A stretch of 64,000 nt of DNA from Halocafeteria seosinensis (taxonomy: Eukaryota). A program made the position numbers and the translations under genes. The notes under the pieces are model-generated. The model was not told where the DNA came from and made no database searches. It saw only the letters and a list, made by a program, of their open reading frames with translations. Location of the stretch: assembly GCA_001687465.1 (NCBI GenBank), contig LVLI01000141.1, positions 1-64,000 of the forward strand, read 5' to 3'. Shown piece after piece: positions 23,555 through 37,699 of this stretch. The stretch's first letter is position 1. The number at the start of each line of letters is the position of its first letter.

Positions 23555-25152
23555 TCAAATGAAATACCCAGGGGGGGGTTCCGTAGTTGTGTGGGAGGTG
23601 GTATGTGCCACTTGAGAGGAGCTATCCTCGCCTCTTATAGCACCACTCGGCACAGCGGGTTCAGTCTGTTCAGACGCATTTTGTCCTTGGGAATACTGCT
23701 CCTCATGCCAACAAATTAACAGCAAATCATAGATGGATTCTACGGGGCGCTGTGACGACAGACACTTACAGCTTGTGCACAGGCAATATTCCCTTGTTGA
23801 CTCCAGTGGACAGTACCCGTATCCTGCATAGAGCGGAAGATCAGGTCAGGGGTACCTAGAATGTAGTTCTGATAGTTGTCAAATGTAACGTTTGACGTAC
23901 TGTGGAAGGGCCTAGGGGATTTGGCTGCACGGTCTGCTTCATCCGTATATTCTGAAGGTTTTCGGCGAGCCGTTTTCAAACAGATAATCTCAATTATCGG
24001 CCGACCGCACCGAACTTACGTTTCGTGGGTGTATTCCCGTGTTACCCCAGTGTGTAGCCTGTAACATTTTGCAAAATTCATGATAAGAACGGTGAAGAGA
24101 GTAGCGATAGCACTGCGTACTTCGGTGGCTCCTCCTCGCTGGATACCTGATATGTTCGTTACCAAACGGGCCATCTGCTCAAGTCGGCTCCATTACCACA
24201 GTACGTTCCAAACACTTCGTTGGGCAACACTACGCACTTGGACACTTGTATCAGCAACACTCGTGGTATTACTCAGCACAAAGCGATTGCCTTCTCCTCC
24301 ATTTCGCCTGGACTTTTCAGAGATCTTATAGACACACATATACACCAACGCAAGGGTCATGCTAAGATATGCGCCAAGAAATGTCTGGCAATCTTTTAGC
24401 GAATGGCCCAAAAATCCGAGGAACTGAAGGAGCAGTAGAATCAACCCAGGGCGTGTGTACAGTAGCTAGTCTGCCCACATACTTGAGTAATAAACGCGAT
24501 AAGACCACTAAAGAAACGATTGAGAACTGCAAAGGCACAAATTCAACTGGTTAAGAAGGAACAAACAAAGATCTCAGGGTATCCTCTTACGAAATATGAA
24601 CCACACTGACCGTGCTGGTTTGGAGTCTAATCCGCGATCGGAGCATACCCAGCAGAAGGATAGAACCAAAAGCGCTGCTGAGAAAATCACTTGCAGTTTG
24701 ACAATGAAGTAGAAGATTGCACTAGCCTTTCCGGAACCACTCATTGCTTTGAATTCAGAAGAATCAGTCTGGGGGAAGAAGTCAACACTTTCACTGGTAA
24801 TGTCATCTTTGCCGTAGTAATAACTACCTGGCTCAACTCCCGGCTCCGGCTCCCCCTGTGCGTCTTGTCCCCAAAGCGTTGAAGATTCGTCGCATCAGCC
24901 CGCAGCATGAACCACTCGTCATAGTTGTACTTACCACAGTTTTGTAAAAGAGACCGAACACCAGGGTCGTGCGGCTCTCGCCACTCCCCATGGCACAGAA
25001 GAACCATAGGGGTGCTCCGAGCAATGCACCATGTAAGATGACCTCGAGAATACACAAACAGATTACTGTATCATACGAATTGTGAGGTAGCAGAGCTAGA
25101 ATCAAACCAAGGAATACATCAATGACAGCGGAATCTTACACAACGCCCGCAT
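23555..25152 (-). CDS. Unknown multipass membrane protein B with C-terminal PPxY (EPPPGYFI*)
   Basis: APLWFFCAMG and QFLGFLGHSLKDCQTFLGAYLSM. Similar exon layout to paralog A. Confidence 0.65.
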
Positions 25153-25967
25153 TCTTATCAACTCCCCTTAGTTCCTTCCTGCGTGTGTTTGTGAGTGTTG
25201 ATTCAATGCATGCAGACTTCACTGGAAGTTTTTATTTTTTGCCAATATCACACTCGCACGCCACCGATCGAATCGACATTGCACTCCTTCGCATTGCTTC
25301 TACAGTTTGCTAGGTAATTTTGTGGTACTCAGTCTGGGAGTCGAGGTCGCACCCCGTGGAGAAATTCCCAGGGGAATCCATTGGGGATCGTGCACGATCG
25401 TACGACAGTACTACGACTTGGAGTGACCAATGGAGTGTGCGAGTGAGATCGTAGGCGATTCATACGAAAAAGCACAATCCGTTAGGTCATGATTTGCCTC
25501 TACATGTATCCGGATCACCTCAGCGTGTTCTGAGTGTTCGCATGCATGTGGACACACACACAAATGTGACAGATAGCCCACCGGCCGGGAAGTTGACCAC
25601 ATCCTCTTAACGAGGAGCGGTAAGCGCCCGTGTTAAGCAGCGACGGGTATGGTTGGTAGGAGCCGCACTGAGAGTGTGAATCAAACTGGCAACTTAGAGG
25701 CTGTATACAAGTTCCAAAAGCCCTCCTGGTGCATACGAAGCATCCTACCTGGTATCACATTGCATCTCGCTTAATTTCACTGTTTAAATCCATATATGTT
25801 CGTTGTCTCCAAGTCTGTGAACTTGGAGTCCGGACCTCCCATTTTTCTGGTTTCTTGTTCGTAAACCGAGTGATGGAGCTGTATTGTTCTACTGTGCTGG
25901 GCAGTCTCTCATTCAGCAAAACCTATGAAGTTGGTGATAGAAGCGAAAAAGCCAAGAGACCACAACA

Positions 25968-27837
25968 ATGGAAGCACTGCAAGCAATCCCGGAGTCGATC
26001 CGGCGCTTGATATCACTCTCAGCCACATTATTCATTGGGTCAGGCATTGCTGTACTAATACTCATCCAGGAGAGCATTAGTACAATCATAAAGACTACAC
26101 TTAAGCTGACCAAGCCGATTTGGTCCAGAGTGCTCCCTTCTCCCGTAAGGAAGGCGCTCTTGAAATGGATGGAACCCCGAATCGTTGTCAGTGATGTGCT
26201 TGGCAGAAAGGTCGACCCGGCACAAGGTAAGCTTAACGGGTTTTGAAACGAAATAACCACGCTACTAATTCTCAGTTCCGATTTGTTCTCCGCAGTACCG
26301 TCTTTTCTGAAAAACCCCGAACTTGGACGGCACAAAACAATGAGGACTTCGGACGGCTACAAACTGCACTACGTCATCAAAGATGCCCAGAAGAAAACCA
26401 AAGGGAAGAGCCAGTTACTCATTTGTCTTCACGGCTTTCCAGGTGACTTGTTGAACATTTTCCAAATGGTCCACAGGAACAACTGTAGTAACTCCTTTGC
26501 ACCTCTGCTTCAGAATTCTGGTATCCATGGATTCCCTTCCTTCAACATTTTTCTAGCCATTACACTGTGGTTGCTTTAGATATGCGTGGCTATGGGTACG
26601 CTATTGCCCTAAGATCTCCGCTTTGGCAAAGTTTTGGGACATGTTGTCACATTGTCATGCAGTCAATCTGACAAACCGGCACATTCTTGGTTTGACACTT
26701 CTGCGTTTACACTTAAGCGTCTGGCTAAAGATGTCGACGAGTTGGTTACTGAACTGGGATTTTCCAAGACAAGCATTATATCTCATGACTGGGGTGGAGT
26801 TGTATCATGGGAGTTCGCCCATGAATATCCTCAGCGAATGGAAAGAGTGAGTCTTCGTGAAACGCATTCGAGAATTGCATGGTTCAGGTACATTCACCAT
26901 CGTCGCGCAGCTTGCTGTGGCCGCCGCTCCTCATCCAAAGGCATTTACGGCGAATATTTCTTTAAACCAGCTCTTGAAGTCGTGGTACGTATTCTCCCGT
27001 GCGTAGGTGTAGCTGGTTGCAGCAGTATTTGACGTTCATGGGAGAATACAGGTACATGGTCTTGTTCCAAGTGCCTCTTATTCCCGAATGGTACCTTACG
27101 AAGGATGAATGCCATGCCATGGCTTGGGGTCCATTCTTAAGCAAACAAATGGGACCACGGAGAAGGGTAGGACTCAAAGTTGGCAATTTCTTGAAGAAGG
27201 TGTTTGTCTTAAGAGAGGTAACTTGTTTTCCGCAGGAAGATGTGTCATTGCAAGATATAGAGGCCTACGCGTGGAATGCTATGCAGCCTGGCATGTGTTC
27301 TGCGGTCCTCTCATATTATCGCGAGCTTTTCAGAGATTTGGTGGTGCGTATGGTAACGCTTCGACTTCGCGTTGACGTCAGCGCTGTCATTGTCTTTGAA
27401 TGCTAGGCCCGCTTGCAGCCCACTCGTAGCGTTGGAAAAACACCTGGGGATATTTTGGTGTTCGTTCCTGAAAAGGACGGAGCGCTCAGCCCCAACCTCT
27501 TTAGGGATCTTGACAAATATTGCGATAATGTGAAGGTGAAGCATCTGAAAGGTATGACCTTCATGAAAAAACCTCTCATTTGCTGGTAACACCGGATTCA
27601 AGACTTACTCCGTCCCCGCTTTTGTTTGCAGATTGCTCACACTGGGTACTCTATGATGCACTTAAGGAACTGATTACCGAGTGCTACGATTTTTTCGATA
27701 TCCCTGTTGCGGATCGGCATGATGATGTTCATTTCTTTAAGCATAAGATTTTCAAGACACGCGAATCTGTTACTCCAGTCCTCGGGATAGTTCAAGAGCG
27801 GCTGGCAGAGTGGAGAGGCGAGCATTCCCGGAGTTAA
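25968..27837 (+). CDS. Alpha/beta hydrolase, epoxide hydrolase EPHX3/4-like, copy 1
   Basis: LHGFPEFW, DMRGYG, nucleophile HDWGG, CSHWV, N-terminal membrane anchor. Confidence 0.88.
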
Positions 27838-28402
27838 GAATATTCTGATATCTGTCTATGTGCCTCGAGCCGAGGATTCTTGAAGACAAGTTGAACCCGC
27901 GAAAGAATTACAGGAGCCTAAGGAATGATACCATCTGTACTCAGTAGTCAGAGAGCAGTAGGTTACCGCTAGTCAAAGAAAACGTCTCTTTTGACTCTTA
28001 TTGTGATAAACTACATGTCCAAGCGGGTGGCCAGCGAGCAAGCAGACTTGCCCTGATGCTGTTCAACTTGCTGTTTGCCAATTGTTTGGCCATACCGTAA
28101 CATTCGACAATTCTCATGTAAGGCAGATAAATGTCAAAACTGTTTGCAATATCTTACACCGCAAAACACACTTAAACGAACTACCTTAAGAATGTGCTAA
28201 AGTGCTGGTTCGTACTCGAATCGCAACTGGTGGAACCGTGAAGTTCCAAGCGGCGAGTCAACCGCGTGACTCATGGCTGATGCGCTGCTGATTGTATTGT
28301 CAAGCACTAAAGTAAGAAAGAGAGAAGAAGTACGTATCTCGTAAGCTCGCGTGGCCTGCAGTCTTCACGCTGGACTAATTAAGGACACAGTGCTACAAAA
28401 AG

Positions 28403-30214
28403 ATGTGGCGCGGACCCCGGTTGAAGTATCGACCGGGTTTGAGCACGTTGTCTACATTATTGACAGTACCAATCGGCATAGCCGTCTTTAGTTTTTGGTG
28501 CTGGGTCATCATACTCTCCTCAATAGTCCGCAAACTTACTATTTGGACGCGACCACTATGGGGCTCTGGTGCTTGGGCCCATGTCCTCCCCTCCGCAGTT
28601 GTTCAACTGCTCGAAAAGATATGGCTCTCCCAGTTCAAAGCCAGTGACCTTGTAGGCCACAAAATAGGAAGTTCTACGGACGATGGTAAGTCTTACTATG
28701 AGGTAAACTCATCAAGGTGGTAGTGGCATTTGCTTCCGTATCAATGGAAAGTGAGATATATGACTGGGTACTGGCGTCGCAGTACCGGGTTTCTTGAAGG
28801 ATCCTGGGCTCGGGAGGCATCGATGGATGACGACCTCAGACGATGTTTCTCTGCACTATGTCATGAAAGGACCATCTATGGACAGCAGCGTGAATAGTTA
28901 TGGCGGCCAAGGGAGAAAACTGTTGCTTTGCCTCCATGGATTTCCGGGTGAGTAATTGGAACAATCTTCGTGTCACCGAATTTGCGAACCCTTCCTTGTC
29001 GTTCAGAGTTCTGGTACGGCATGAAACCTTTCTTAGAGCATTTCTCTCAAGATTTTACGGTTGTTGCACTTGACATGAGGGGATATGGGTGAGTGACAGT
29101 TCTGTGGTCCCTGGATATATTCGCGGTGAAGCGAGCATTGCTGCAGAGAATCCGGAAAACCGAAAGCTAACTGGTTTAATTCTTCAAATTATCGAATTGA
29201 TCGGTTAACACAAGATGTCAACGAGGTTATTGAACACTTAGGGTTCTCTAAAGCGTATATCGCTGCTCACGATTGGGGTGGCTGCGTCGCTTGGATGTTT
29301 GCGCATGAATATGCACAGAAAGTCGAAAAGGTTAGCACCCTGGGTTTGCTGGTAGTCGCATATTGTGTTGGAAGTTGCTTAACGATAAGGATTACATTAT
29401 TCTGTGCAGATGGTGGTTATGGCTGGTCCGCATCCTAAGGCATTCTTCTCGAACCTCACTCTGCGACAAGTCATGAAATCTTGGTAAGTCGTTACACGAC
29501 CATCGACCTGCGCATTGCTTGTCTCACTCGAGTCGCTTCCCTGAAGGTATATGTTCCTCTTCCAAGTTCCCGTCGTTTCCCTGATACTGCTTAAGAGAGA
29601 TGAAGCTTATGGCTTAGCTTGGCAGCCCTTCCAAGGCATGTTAAATGGGATGATCAACGAGAACCAATTCACGTTGCAAGACTTGGAGGCCTACACATGG
29701 AATGCATGTCAAGAAGGATTTCCCATTTCAAGTATCTCGTATTATCGAAGCGCAACGAGAGGTGATCTCATGCTGGTACGTTACATCGTATTTATCCACG
29801 CCAAGAACAATTTTCATGTGCATATTTCATGCAGATGGCCGAGTCGGAGTTCCCCCAAATAACTGCAGAAATATTATTGTTGATCCCATTCGAGGACGGT
29901 TGCTTAGAGACGTCCACGTTTGAGGGCATCGAAAGATTTTGCAAGAAACTGGAAGTAAAATATTTATCCCGTAAGTGGCTCTACCAGTCATTATTCCACA
30001 GCTACCGTGCAATTGTTAACATTTATGCGTCCTCTCAGATTGCTCACATTGGGTATTATTCGATGCTCGAGATAAGGTGCTGAAGGAATGCTCGTTATTC
30101 TTTGGCAACCGGATTGCACTCAAGGAACAAGACAATCCTGACCAGATCGCAGTTAGCTCTCGTCTGGAGGAGCTATTAAACAACACGGATAAATACAGCA
30201 GAAAATGCAACTGA
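28403..30214 (+). CDS. Alpha/beta hydrolase, epoxide hydrolase EPHX3/4-like, copy 2 (tandem paralog)
   Basis: Same motifs (LHGFP, DMRGYG, AHDWGG, CSHWV) and shared intron positions with copy 1. Confidence 0.88.
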
Positions 30215-30335
30215 TGGAGTTTAGAGCTTTGAAGTATATATCATTACACTCTCTACAAGACGAATTTACAAACATTATCTTTATTCATCTGTTAAAAATT
30301 GTAGTGTAGGAGGTACGGTGAAACAAGTAGTAGAC

Positions 30336-32189
30336 TCACTTCTTCTTCCCTTTTCCCTTTCCTTTGCTCGGTGGAGTCTCATCCTCATCAAACTGCAGAT
30401 CATCGAAGCCATCGACCGCAATATCTTCTTCATCCTCCTCCTTCCCTTCGGTTTCGGACTTATCTACTGCTTCTGTTTCTACCTCTTCACCTCCTTCTGG
30501 TTTATCTAGTCCGAACTCTCCGTGAACAGAATGATCTGTTTCTGAGACAGTTAGAGTCTTCTTTGTTATGAGCTCCTCAGTGTCGCTATCGGCTTCAGTC
30601 ATCCGCTTCCGTATTGCTTCTTCAAGCTTTTCGGCAACGTCGGGGTTCTCCTGAAGGTATTTCTTCGCCTGCAGTGGTGAAAGAAACGTTTCGTACAACT
30701 AGAGCATAGTAGGTAATTGGGCTCCACACACCTTTTCTTTTCCCTGGGCGAATGGCTCTTTTGAGTCGGGAAAGGAGAACCACGCTCCGGACTTTTTTAA
30801 CTCGCCGAAAAGAACACCCATGTCAACCTGTGTATTGTAATAAGGCAGTCGGTGTTTCTACCATAGCGAATTCGATCTTCATAAAAGATGAAACTTACAA
30901 GCTCTCCCACTTTTGAAATACCATGGCCGTAAGTCATATCAAATTCCCCATGACGAAATGGAGGTGCCAATTTATTCTTAATGACCTTAACTCTGGTAGT
31001 ATTTCCAACAATGTCTGTTCCATCTTTTATTTGGCCCGTTTTTCGTATTTCCATTCTGAAACCTCATTTGTATTTTGTCTTACGAAGGGCTCTGTCAAGC
31101 AAGCCTGCTCCGTACCACACGTACCTTACGGAGGAATAATACTTCAACGCATTCCCTCCACTAGTTACATCGGGGCTCCCGAAGAGAACGCCAACTTTAG
31201 AACGAACCTGGTTGACGAAAACAATTAACGTATTACTCTTTGCCTGGGAGGAAGTAAGCTTGCGTAGCGCTTGCGACATAAGCCGGGCCTGCACTACAAA
31301 GTAATCATCATTGAACGGAAAGAGAAACTGAACTTCCTGTTTGTCGACAGACCTGTAGAGCCACATGGTGATCCCCCATGTCGCCGTCTATTTCTGCTCT
31401 AGGGACCAAGGCCGCAACACTATCCACAACAAGGACGTCCATGGCTCCACTTCGAACCAAAGTATCGGTGATTTCTAGAGCTTGTTCTCCGGAATCCGGT
31501 TGAGACAGAAACAGGCTGTCGATGTTGACCCCAAGATTTTTTGCGTACGCAGAGTCAATTGCATGTTCGACGTCTATAAAGGTGGCGTTGAGTCCCTTCT
31601 TTTGCGCTTCCGCAATCACATGCAAAGCTAACGTAGTCTTCCCTGAACTTTCGGGTCCAAATATTTCAACCACGCGGCTGCAAAACCATAAACTTGGTAA
31701 CGAACGTCACATCACAGAAAAATCGGACTTCGGTTTTGCTATTTGTATCTATCTTAGCTCTTGTACTTACCCTCTGGGTAACCCGCCTATCCCTAAAGCC
31801 ATGTCCACGGCGAGAGATCCCGTCGAGATAACATCGACGTGGTTTTTCTCCCCACGGTTTCCAAGTTGCATGATCGATCCTTTGCCATAGGTTCTCTCAA
31901 TTTGCTCGATTGCTACATTAAGTGCGTTCTGCTTTCCAGAGCCAGTCGCTCCTTGAATCTCGTCTTTTTTGGCAGACTTCTTCCTCGCCGCGAATCCACG
32001 AGTTTGAGTGGGAGCTTGAAAGCCTTGTTTCCGTTGATGCCTGTAGCTGCTGGTCTGGGACTGCACAACGCTCGATAAGTACCATATACTTCTTGCTTGA
32101 GTTGCACCCGTGGGATTGTATGCTGGCTTCATCATCGTCCTCAAGCTTTGTCTCCAGGACGAGGCAGCCGCACGGCGTACCATTGCCAT
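30336..32189 (-). CDS. recA: Bacterial-type RecA recombinase, probably mitochondrial
   Basis: [71 protein letters not shown]. Arg/Ser-rich presequence. Spliceosomal introns. Confidence 0.95.
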
Positions 32190-32794
32190 TTTACTGGCGT
32201 TCACGGGCTATTGACACAATAAAGCGTCACTAAAACGGCACTCTATCCGATTATCCTCCTTCGGCTTGTCAATAGTATCATGAACCTCATAAGATCTTGC
32301 AAAAACTTCATTATCATCCCATCTGAAGTCGAACTTCGTACAATCTTTTGTCATACTCACGGAACAGACAAGGTCTTTAAAGACTGGCATGATGATGGTC
32401 CACGGTTGGTTTATATTGATGGTTTATATTTATTCATTAGTGGATAGATACTGCGATCGGGAGAGACTCTCCGGAAAACAAGATGTATGAAAATAAAACA
32501 CAAAACCGAAATCCCCATCTGGGGCTCCTCTTCCGGCGCTACAATTATGTCCAGAGAATGCAACGACAGGGACTAAAGCGCAATCTCTTCGCAGTCGGAT
32601 CATTCGCATGTAAGCTCACCTTATCCTAATGACGCAGCGCAGAGCAAAGCAATGGCGTACGCTCGGTATGGTGTTTTGATGCAGTCGTCTTCTTCGTGGC
32701 GCAATCACTGAGCCACCACCGAGCTGGATCCGGATGAACATATGCTCTCTGGCTTATGAAATGCATTTCGCATAGGATTGCTTTTCCAGACACT

Positions 32795-34458
32795 TCAATC
32801 ATAAACCAGAGTAGACAAGTAATATCGGAGCACAATGCCGCCAACGCAAGCGATAGTCTGGATCACGAGGAGAATCGTCACCAAGCTCTGCTCATGCATT
32901 GGACCAAAGATTTGCAATGTCAAACAAATCAGCGTCATATTGTGTCGGCTGACGCCTTTATGCTCGAATGTGGATGGTTCCAAAAGTCTTGTCGTTTGGT
33001 TAACGCTGCGAAATGGTGGAATACGGTAACAACATTATCTCTAAACGGTGCTCCAAGCTTACTACTTACACGGGCAGCCTGTGTCTTGGGCATGGGTAAA
33101 CTTTGAACAGTTGAGGACATGAGTAGAGAAAATTCAGAATCTGGGGGATAAAAAATAGTAACAGTGTTTTCGAAAAATGACCCAATATGCCCACTACAGC
33201 GAACGTCATCCCCGCAAAGTAACAGAACGTATCCCCCACAAAGACTTCTGCCGGATACCTGCAAAGACTAGCCATATCTACACTCAACCAGAGTATAATT
33301 TACATATGCATTCTACAGCCATCCTTACCAATTATAATATAGCAAAGCAAGAGTCACGGCTATAAACGGGAGAATCAATGTCGCAGAAAACAGATGGTGT
33401 TGTTCTACGACCTCCGAGCCCGAGTAGCCTGTTGCTAACTCGAAGATATTGGTGAAGAGCACTGCTAATGCTATGATCAGAGTCTGCGCATATACAGCAA
33501 CGAAATCATAAAAAACATGTCTTCAGACAATCTATTGGCACCTACTTGTCCTGCTTCCAAGCCATTGACACCCGCGTAAATGTTTATAGCGTTCGTACAG
33601 AAGACGGCGAGGAACCCCATGTATGCCAAGTACCATACTCCTAGGGATACAACTGCACCAGCAGATGCTAGGTCGATTTCGATTCCAAGAACTTGAAGGA
33701 GGCCAGATATTCGAGAAGTTTGTCCCAGAAGTAGCATTAGCGGTCGTATCGGACTCGGCATTAAAACTGATGTCGGACCGTCGTAAGTAACCAATAGTGG
33801 TAGTGATGCTACCGTAGGAAGGATAAGTTTATACCTCCACGGGAGATCCATTAAATCGTCCGCAAATCCCAATAGAACCATGAAACAAACACTCATCAAA
33901 GCAGCATTGTACTCTCCCAACTGTGTATCGACAACAGAGCTCGCAGTTCAATCTAGCACCCACTATTACATTGCTTCGCTGACTTACAAGTTCAGAATTA
34001 TTCTTGGCCCAAAACAGTTGCGCTAAGATAACGATAACTAAAAAAACACATCCGCATACGATTCCTAGAGCTTCCGGTCTGCCGAAGCAACACTTGGAAT
34101 AGTAAATACTTAAGACTGTGACCAAACCAAAGCGAAGAGGAACTTACACTGGTTTATCTCCTTCCGTAGTGCCTCTCTTGCACAAATCCTTTCCCTGTAG
34201 TCCGCTCTTCTCTGTGTACCTCTTCATGCGGGGTATAAGATTTTTGGCCATTAANCCCGCCGCTACCGCTGACAAGGCCGCCCAAAATAGCTCATGTCTG
34301 TACTCCAGGTTGGAGGTACGCAAAAACACTATCACGTGAGGAGCAAACAGGGCCACTGTGGCGGCCAAAAGTCCTAATCTAGGGAATCCTTTCTGAAGAA
34401 AACTTGAAAATCCTGCTGATTCAAGCGCTTGTCGAGCGCGCGGACTGCCAGGTCTCAT
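32795..34458 (-). CDS. DPAGT1: UDP-GlcNAc:dolichyl-phosphate GlcNAc-1-phosphate transferase
   Basis: [50 protein letters not shown]. One ambiguous base (N) at 34255. Confidence 0.95.
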
Positions 34459-34812
34459 TCCGATATTGCTTAGCTTCAAAAATATCGAGCACCTCTCAGC
34501 TTTCTCTCCATCCAAACCTCCCGAAGGATCACCTAACATCTACTCCTGATACTAGCAGGTGCAGGAACTGCGATCAAGCAAGGGGTTGCCTGGCATGTAC
34601 TCGACAATACGAATAGCCTCTTCCGTGTTGGCGCCATCCTCATCTAAGACAATGTAGTCCTTGAAGTTTAGGAGACAACAATTACCCAGGTTTGTGAAGT
34701 GGTACGTAGGCAGCCGTTAACCTTAATAAATGCGGCTTTACAGAGTGTATACGGAAGAAATATCTAATGTTGATTGTGGTTCTCGTATCGACAGGTACAT
34801 GGGGATGTGTGA

Positions 34813-36691
34813 ATGCCACAGTGGATGCTTGGTGGTGGAATAATCAGTCTGTACAAGGCAGCTAACATGCTGAGGGCTTCAAGCAGACAACAGCAACCAT
34901 CCGATATGCGATTCCAAGCAGCCATGCACCAAATCGGAGAGTTGAAGTCCCAATTGAAGGAAGTAGAGGAAAGAAACTCTGAGTTGAGGCAACGTAACCA
35001 GGAACTGGAACAGCAGATACAACAGCAGCTGAACTCACAACAAGAGAATAGGAGATCGGCATCCCGGCATCGCGATGCATCTGTATGTTGTGTTTCAGGC
35101 TGCTACCTCGCGCCCGCTAGGAAGGATGCTTATATCCAAATAATTTTCTTCACGCAGGTGAACGAAGACGATTCGTACTCGGTCCAAGAACTGAGATACA
35201 AACTCATTTATCTCGAGAGGTAGGTCTACTTCACAAAATTCGAAGCAATACCTGGAAGCTATTGTCTGTCTGGCACAACAGGAAACTGGAGGAGACCGAA
35301 GCAGAACATGATATCCAGTTCAGGGAGCAGAAAAGCAAGTATAAGAGCATGCAAGAGGTACGCGTGAACGTAGCATTAAGTGTCGCCCCTCTCCGGTAGT
35401 TCAATTTGAATTATATTATGATGTTCCTACAGCGCGCTGATCGATATGAAAGAAACTCGCATTTCTATCGCAGTACATCCTTTAGGTTTCTTCTTCAGCA
35501 GCTGGAATACATTAAGCAGATTGAACAATTGTTTTCAAAGGGGCCACCGAATGGTCTGAAGGCCGCCTTAGGCCTCGTTCAGTCAATGAAGAATCAGGCT
35601 CTTCAGTTTCATCGAACTCTAGTAAAGAATACGAGTGACCGTCCAATTGATAGTGCGCAAAAATCAATTACGTTAAATAATTCAAACCAACGAAATCTTT
35701 CCGAATCGAACAATACGGAGTCGAAACATCAAGCTGAAGATGGAACGTTGACAGGTCCCTTAGTTACTGACTTGAGCAAGACGTTAAAGTCTATGGATCA
35801 AGAAAATGCGAGTTTACACGAAAGAATTAGGTTCTTAGAAGCGGAGGTTAACGCAAACAACAAACTATCTACGAAAGTTCAGAAAGCATTTTCCTTGGTG
35901 CGACAGGTACGTCAAAAGCAGTGTATTCTCACTAAACGGGTTACTGCCAACCTATAGCGTACCTACTTTGTTGCTTGACTTGGCAGTATCAAGGAGCCGT
36001 CAAGAAGCTGCACCATCAGTTGCATAGGACACGGGAACAATTAGATTCTAAAGAGCACGAGAACCTGGAGGCCAAAGCCACTATCAGGGACCTGCAGAAC
36101 ATACTCTACAGCAGAGATGTAGAAAATCAAGAAGCTGCTGAGCATGCCAATCTGGAAAGGCCCAGCAGGAAAAAGCACTACGCTTATCTTATTCACTCAT
36201 CAAATCGAAACTTGTACAGTATTTTACCATCATCAAGGCATTCGGTGGTTTCTTATCCCGAAAAAGGAAATGGTCATAGTCATTCAGGAGGCCTGAATAA
36301 AGATGCTGTTGAAGAAATGACCGATGAAGAAGTGAACTCATCCGCGAAACGAGCTTCAGAAACAGAGATGTCCAAGAACGAGGGACGCAATGAGCGACAT
36401 GGGCGCTTGTCGACACTGCGACGTGGATATCGCTCGGACACATCGGATGAGAATATGAACATCTCTCGTCTGGTTGCGACGGGTGGGAGAGAATCGGACT
36501 CTAATGGGTCGGGGAGCGATGAGAGAAAAACACAGACCCCCTCTAGCATTGAGTCGGGTAACTCTGCTCCTGAAGATACGCAAGCCTTAATAGACGATAT
36601 TCAAACTCTCTTGCATGAGTTCGATCATGAAGCCCTCAACAGTGACACATACGACACACACACTACCAGCCAGTCACCATCAACTCAATGA
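34813..36691 (+). CDS. Coiled-coil protein of unknown function (start approximate)
   Basis: Heptad-rich exons (LKSQLKEVEERNSELRQRNQELEQQ, LHERIRFLEAEV) joined by GT-AG introns. Confidence 0.65.
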
Positions 36692-36739
36692 ACGCGAGTA
36701 AATTGCTCCCTAGAGGTGTCCATGAAACTCATACGGAAT

Positions 36740-37679
36740 TCAGCGTTGCTTCTCTGCGTATTCTTGGAGAGATGCAGTAGGATTAACTCCCCTTGAAGAT
36801 TCGAAACAGCTCGACCAAACTGCTCGAACACATTCAGCCCCAGTCTCCGGAAATACCATCTGCAAGCGAATGTGGCGGTAAGGATGGACGAAGACGAGTA
36901 GTACACAAACAAGAAATATCCACCTGAGTTGAATCGTGAGCTCGAGAGCTAACACACGATCGCTTCATCGGCTTGATTGCTTTCTTGCGGCACTCAGCAA
37001 ATGTCGACGCTCGAATCTCACTGCATGCGAGAACGCCACATATTCTCAGATCCATTCCCAGTATGGAATGCTGCGAACCGAACCAGAAGGAATGTCAAGG
37101 AATAGCCTGGTACCCACGGACAAAGATCTTACGTCAGACGCATGCGACATCTCATGCAATAAGGCATCCTCTATGTCGTTGGAGCTCCTCATACCGTTGG
37201 TGCACAATGTGACCGACGCTGGCGGAAACGAATAGAAAGCACGACCTTTCAGCTGTGGGTTCTCTTGCATGTTACGGGTCGCTTCTGCTTCTGCAGTGCT
37301 ACTCTCGGCATTCCTTCCATCTTTACTTTGGGGATCGGGAATGGGAAGAGCGCTTGTACAGTCGCGACAAACTACACGTATGATACGGTCGGAGGAGGTC
37401 GAATTCTCAGTCCATTCAATGCGTTCGTCTAATGTCTTTTCTTTGTTCCCTTCGTTGTAGCAGACTAAATGAGCTCCTTTAAATGGCAAAGGATCCCCTC
37501 CATCCTCCTCTCCGGAGGCCAATCGCTTGACTTCGTGGGCCAAAAGCTGGCGCGCGGTGTTGCAGTAGTCATTCATTGAAATTATGTATTGTTCCACTGT
37601 TACTGCAAGAGTGAAAAAGAAAACAAAAACGGCACTATGATTGTGAGAAGCGGTTCTAATTGTTACCAGTAAATAACAT
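36740..37679 (-). CDS. ATP23: Mitochondrial inner-membrane metalloprotease ATP23 (peptidase M76)
   Basis: HExxH motif LLHEMSHASD, LACSEIRAS, Cys pattern. Short first exon MLFT. Confidence 0.85.
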
Positions 37680-37699
37680 TATCAATCAAATTGCTGAAT

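Noticed and set aside
25380..25650. Palindrome GATCGTGCACGATC and several short hairpins as a structured ncRNA
   Set aside because: Stems are short, and there are no recognisable box, Sm or Pol III motifs; unsupported without covariance analysis
30336..32189. RecA as bacterial contamination or recent HGT
   Set aside because: Contains several GT-AG introns and a presequence, and sits among eukaryotic genes
32208..32390. 60-aa ORF immediately upstream of RecA as a uORF or small gene
   Set aside because: No recognisable motif or splice support
34255..34255. Ambiguous base N in DPAGT1 exon 1
   Set aside because: Assembly ambiguity; the reading frame is preserved
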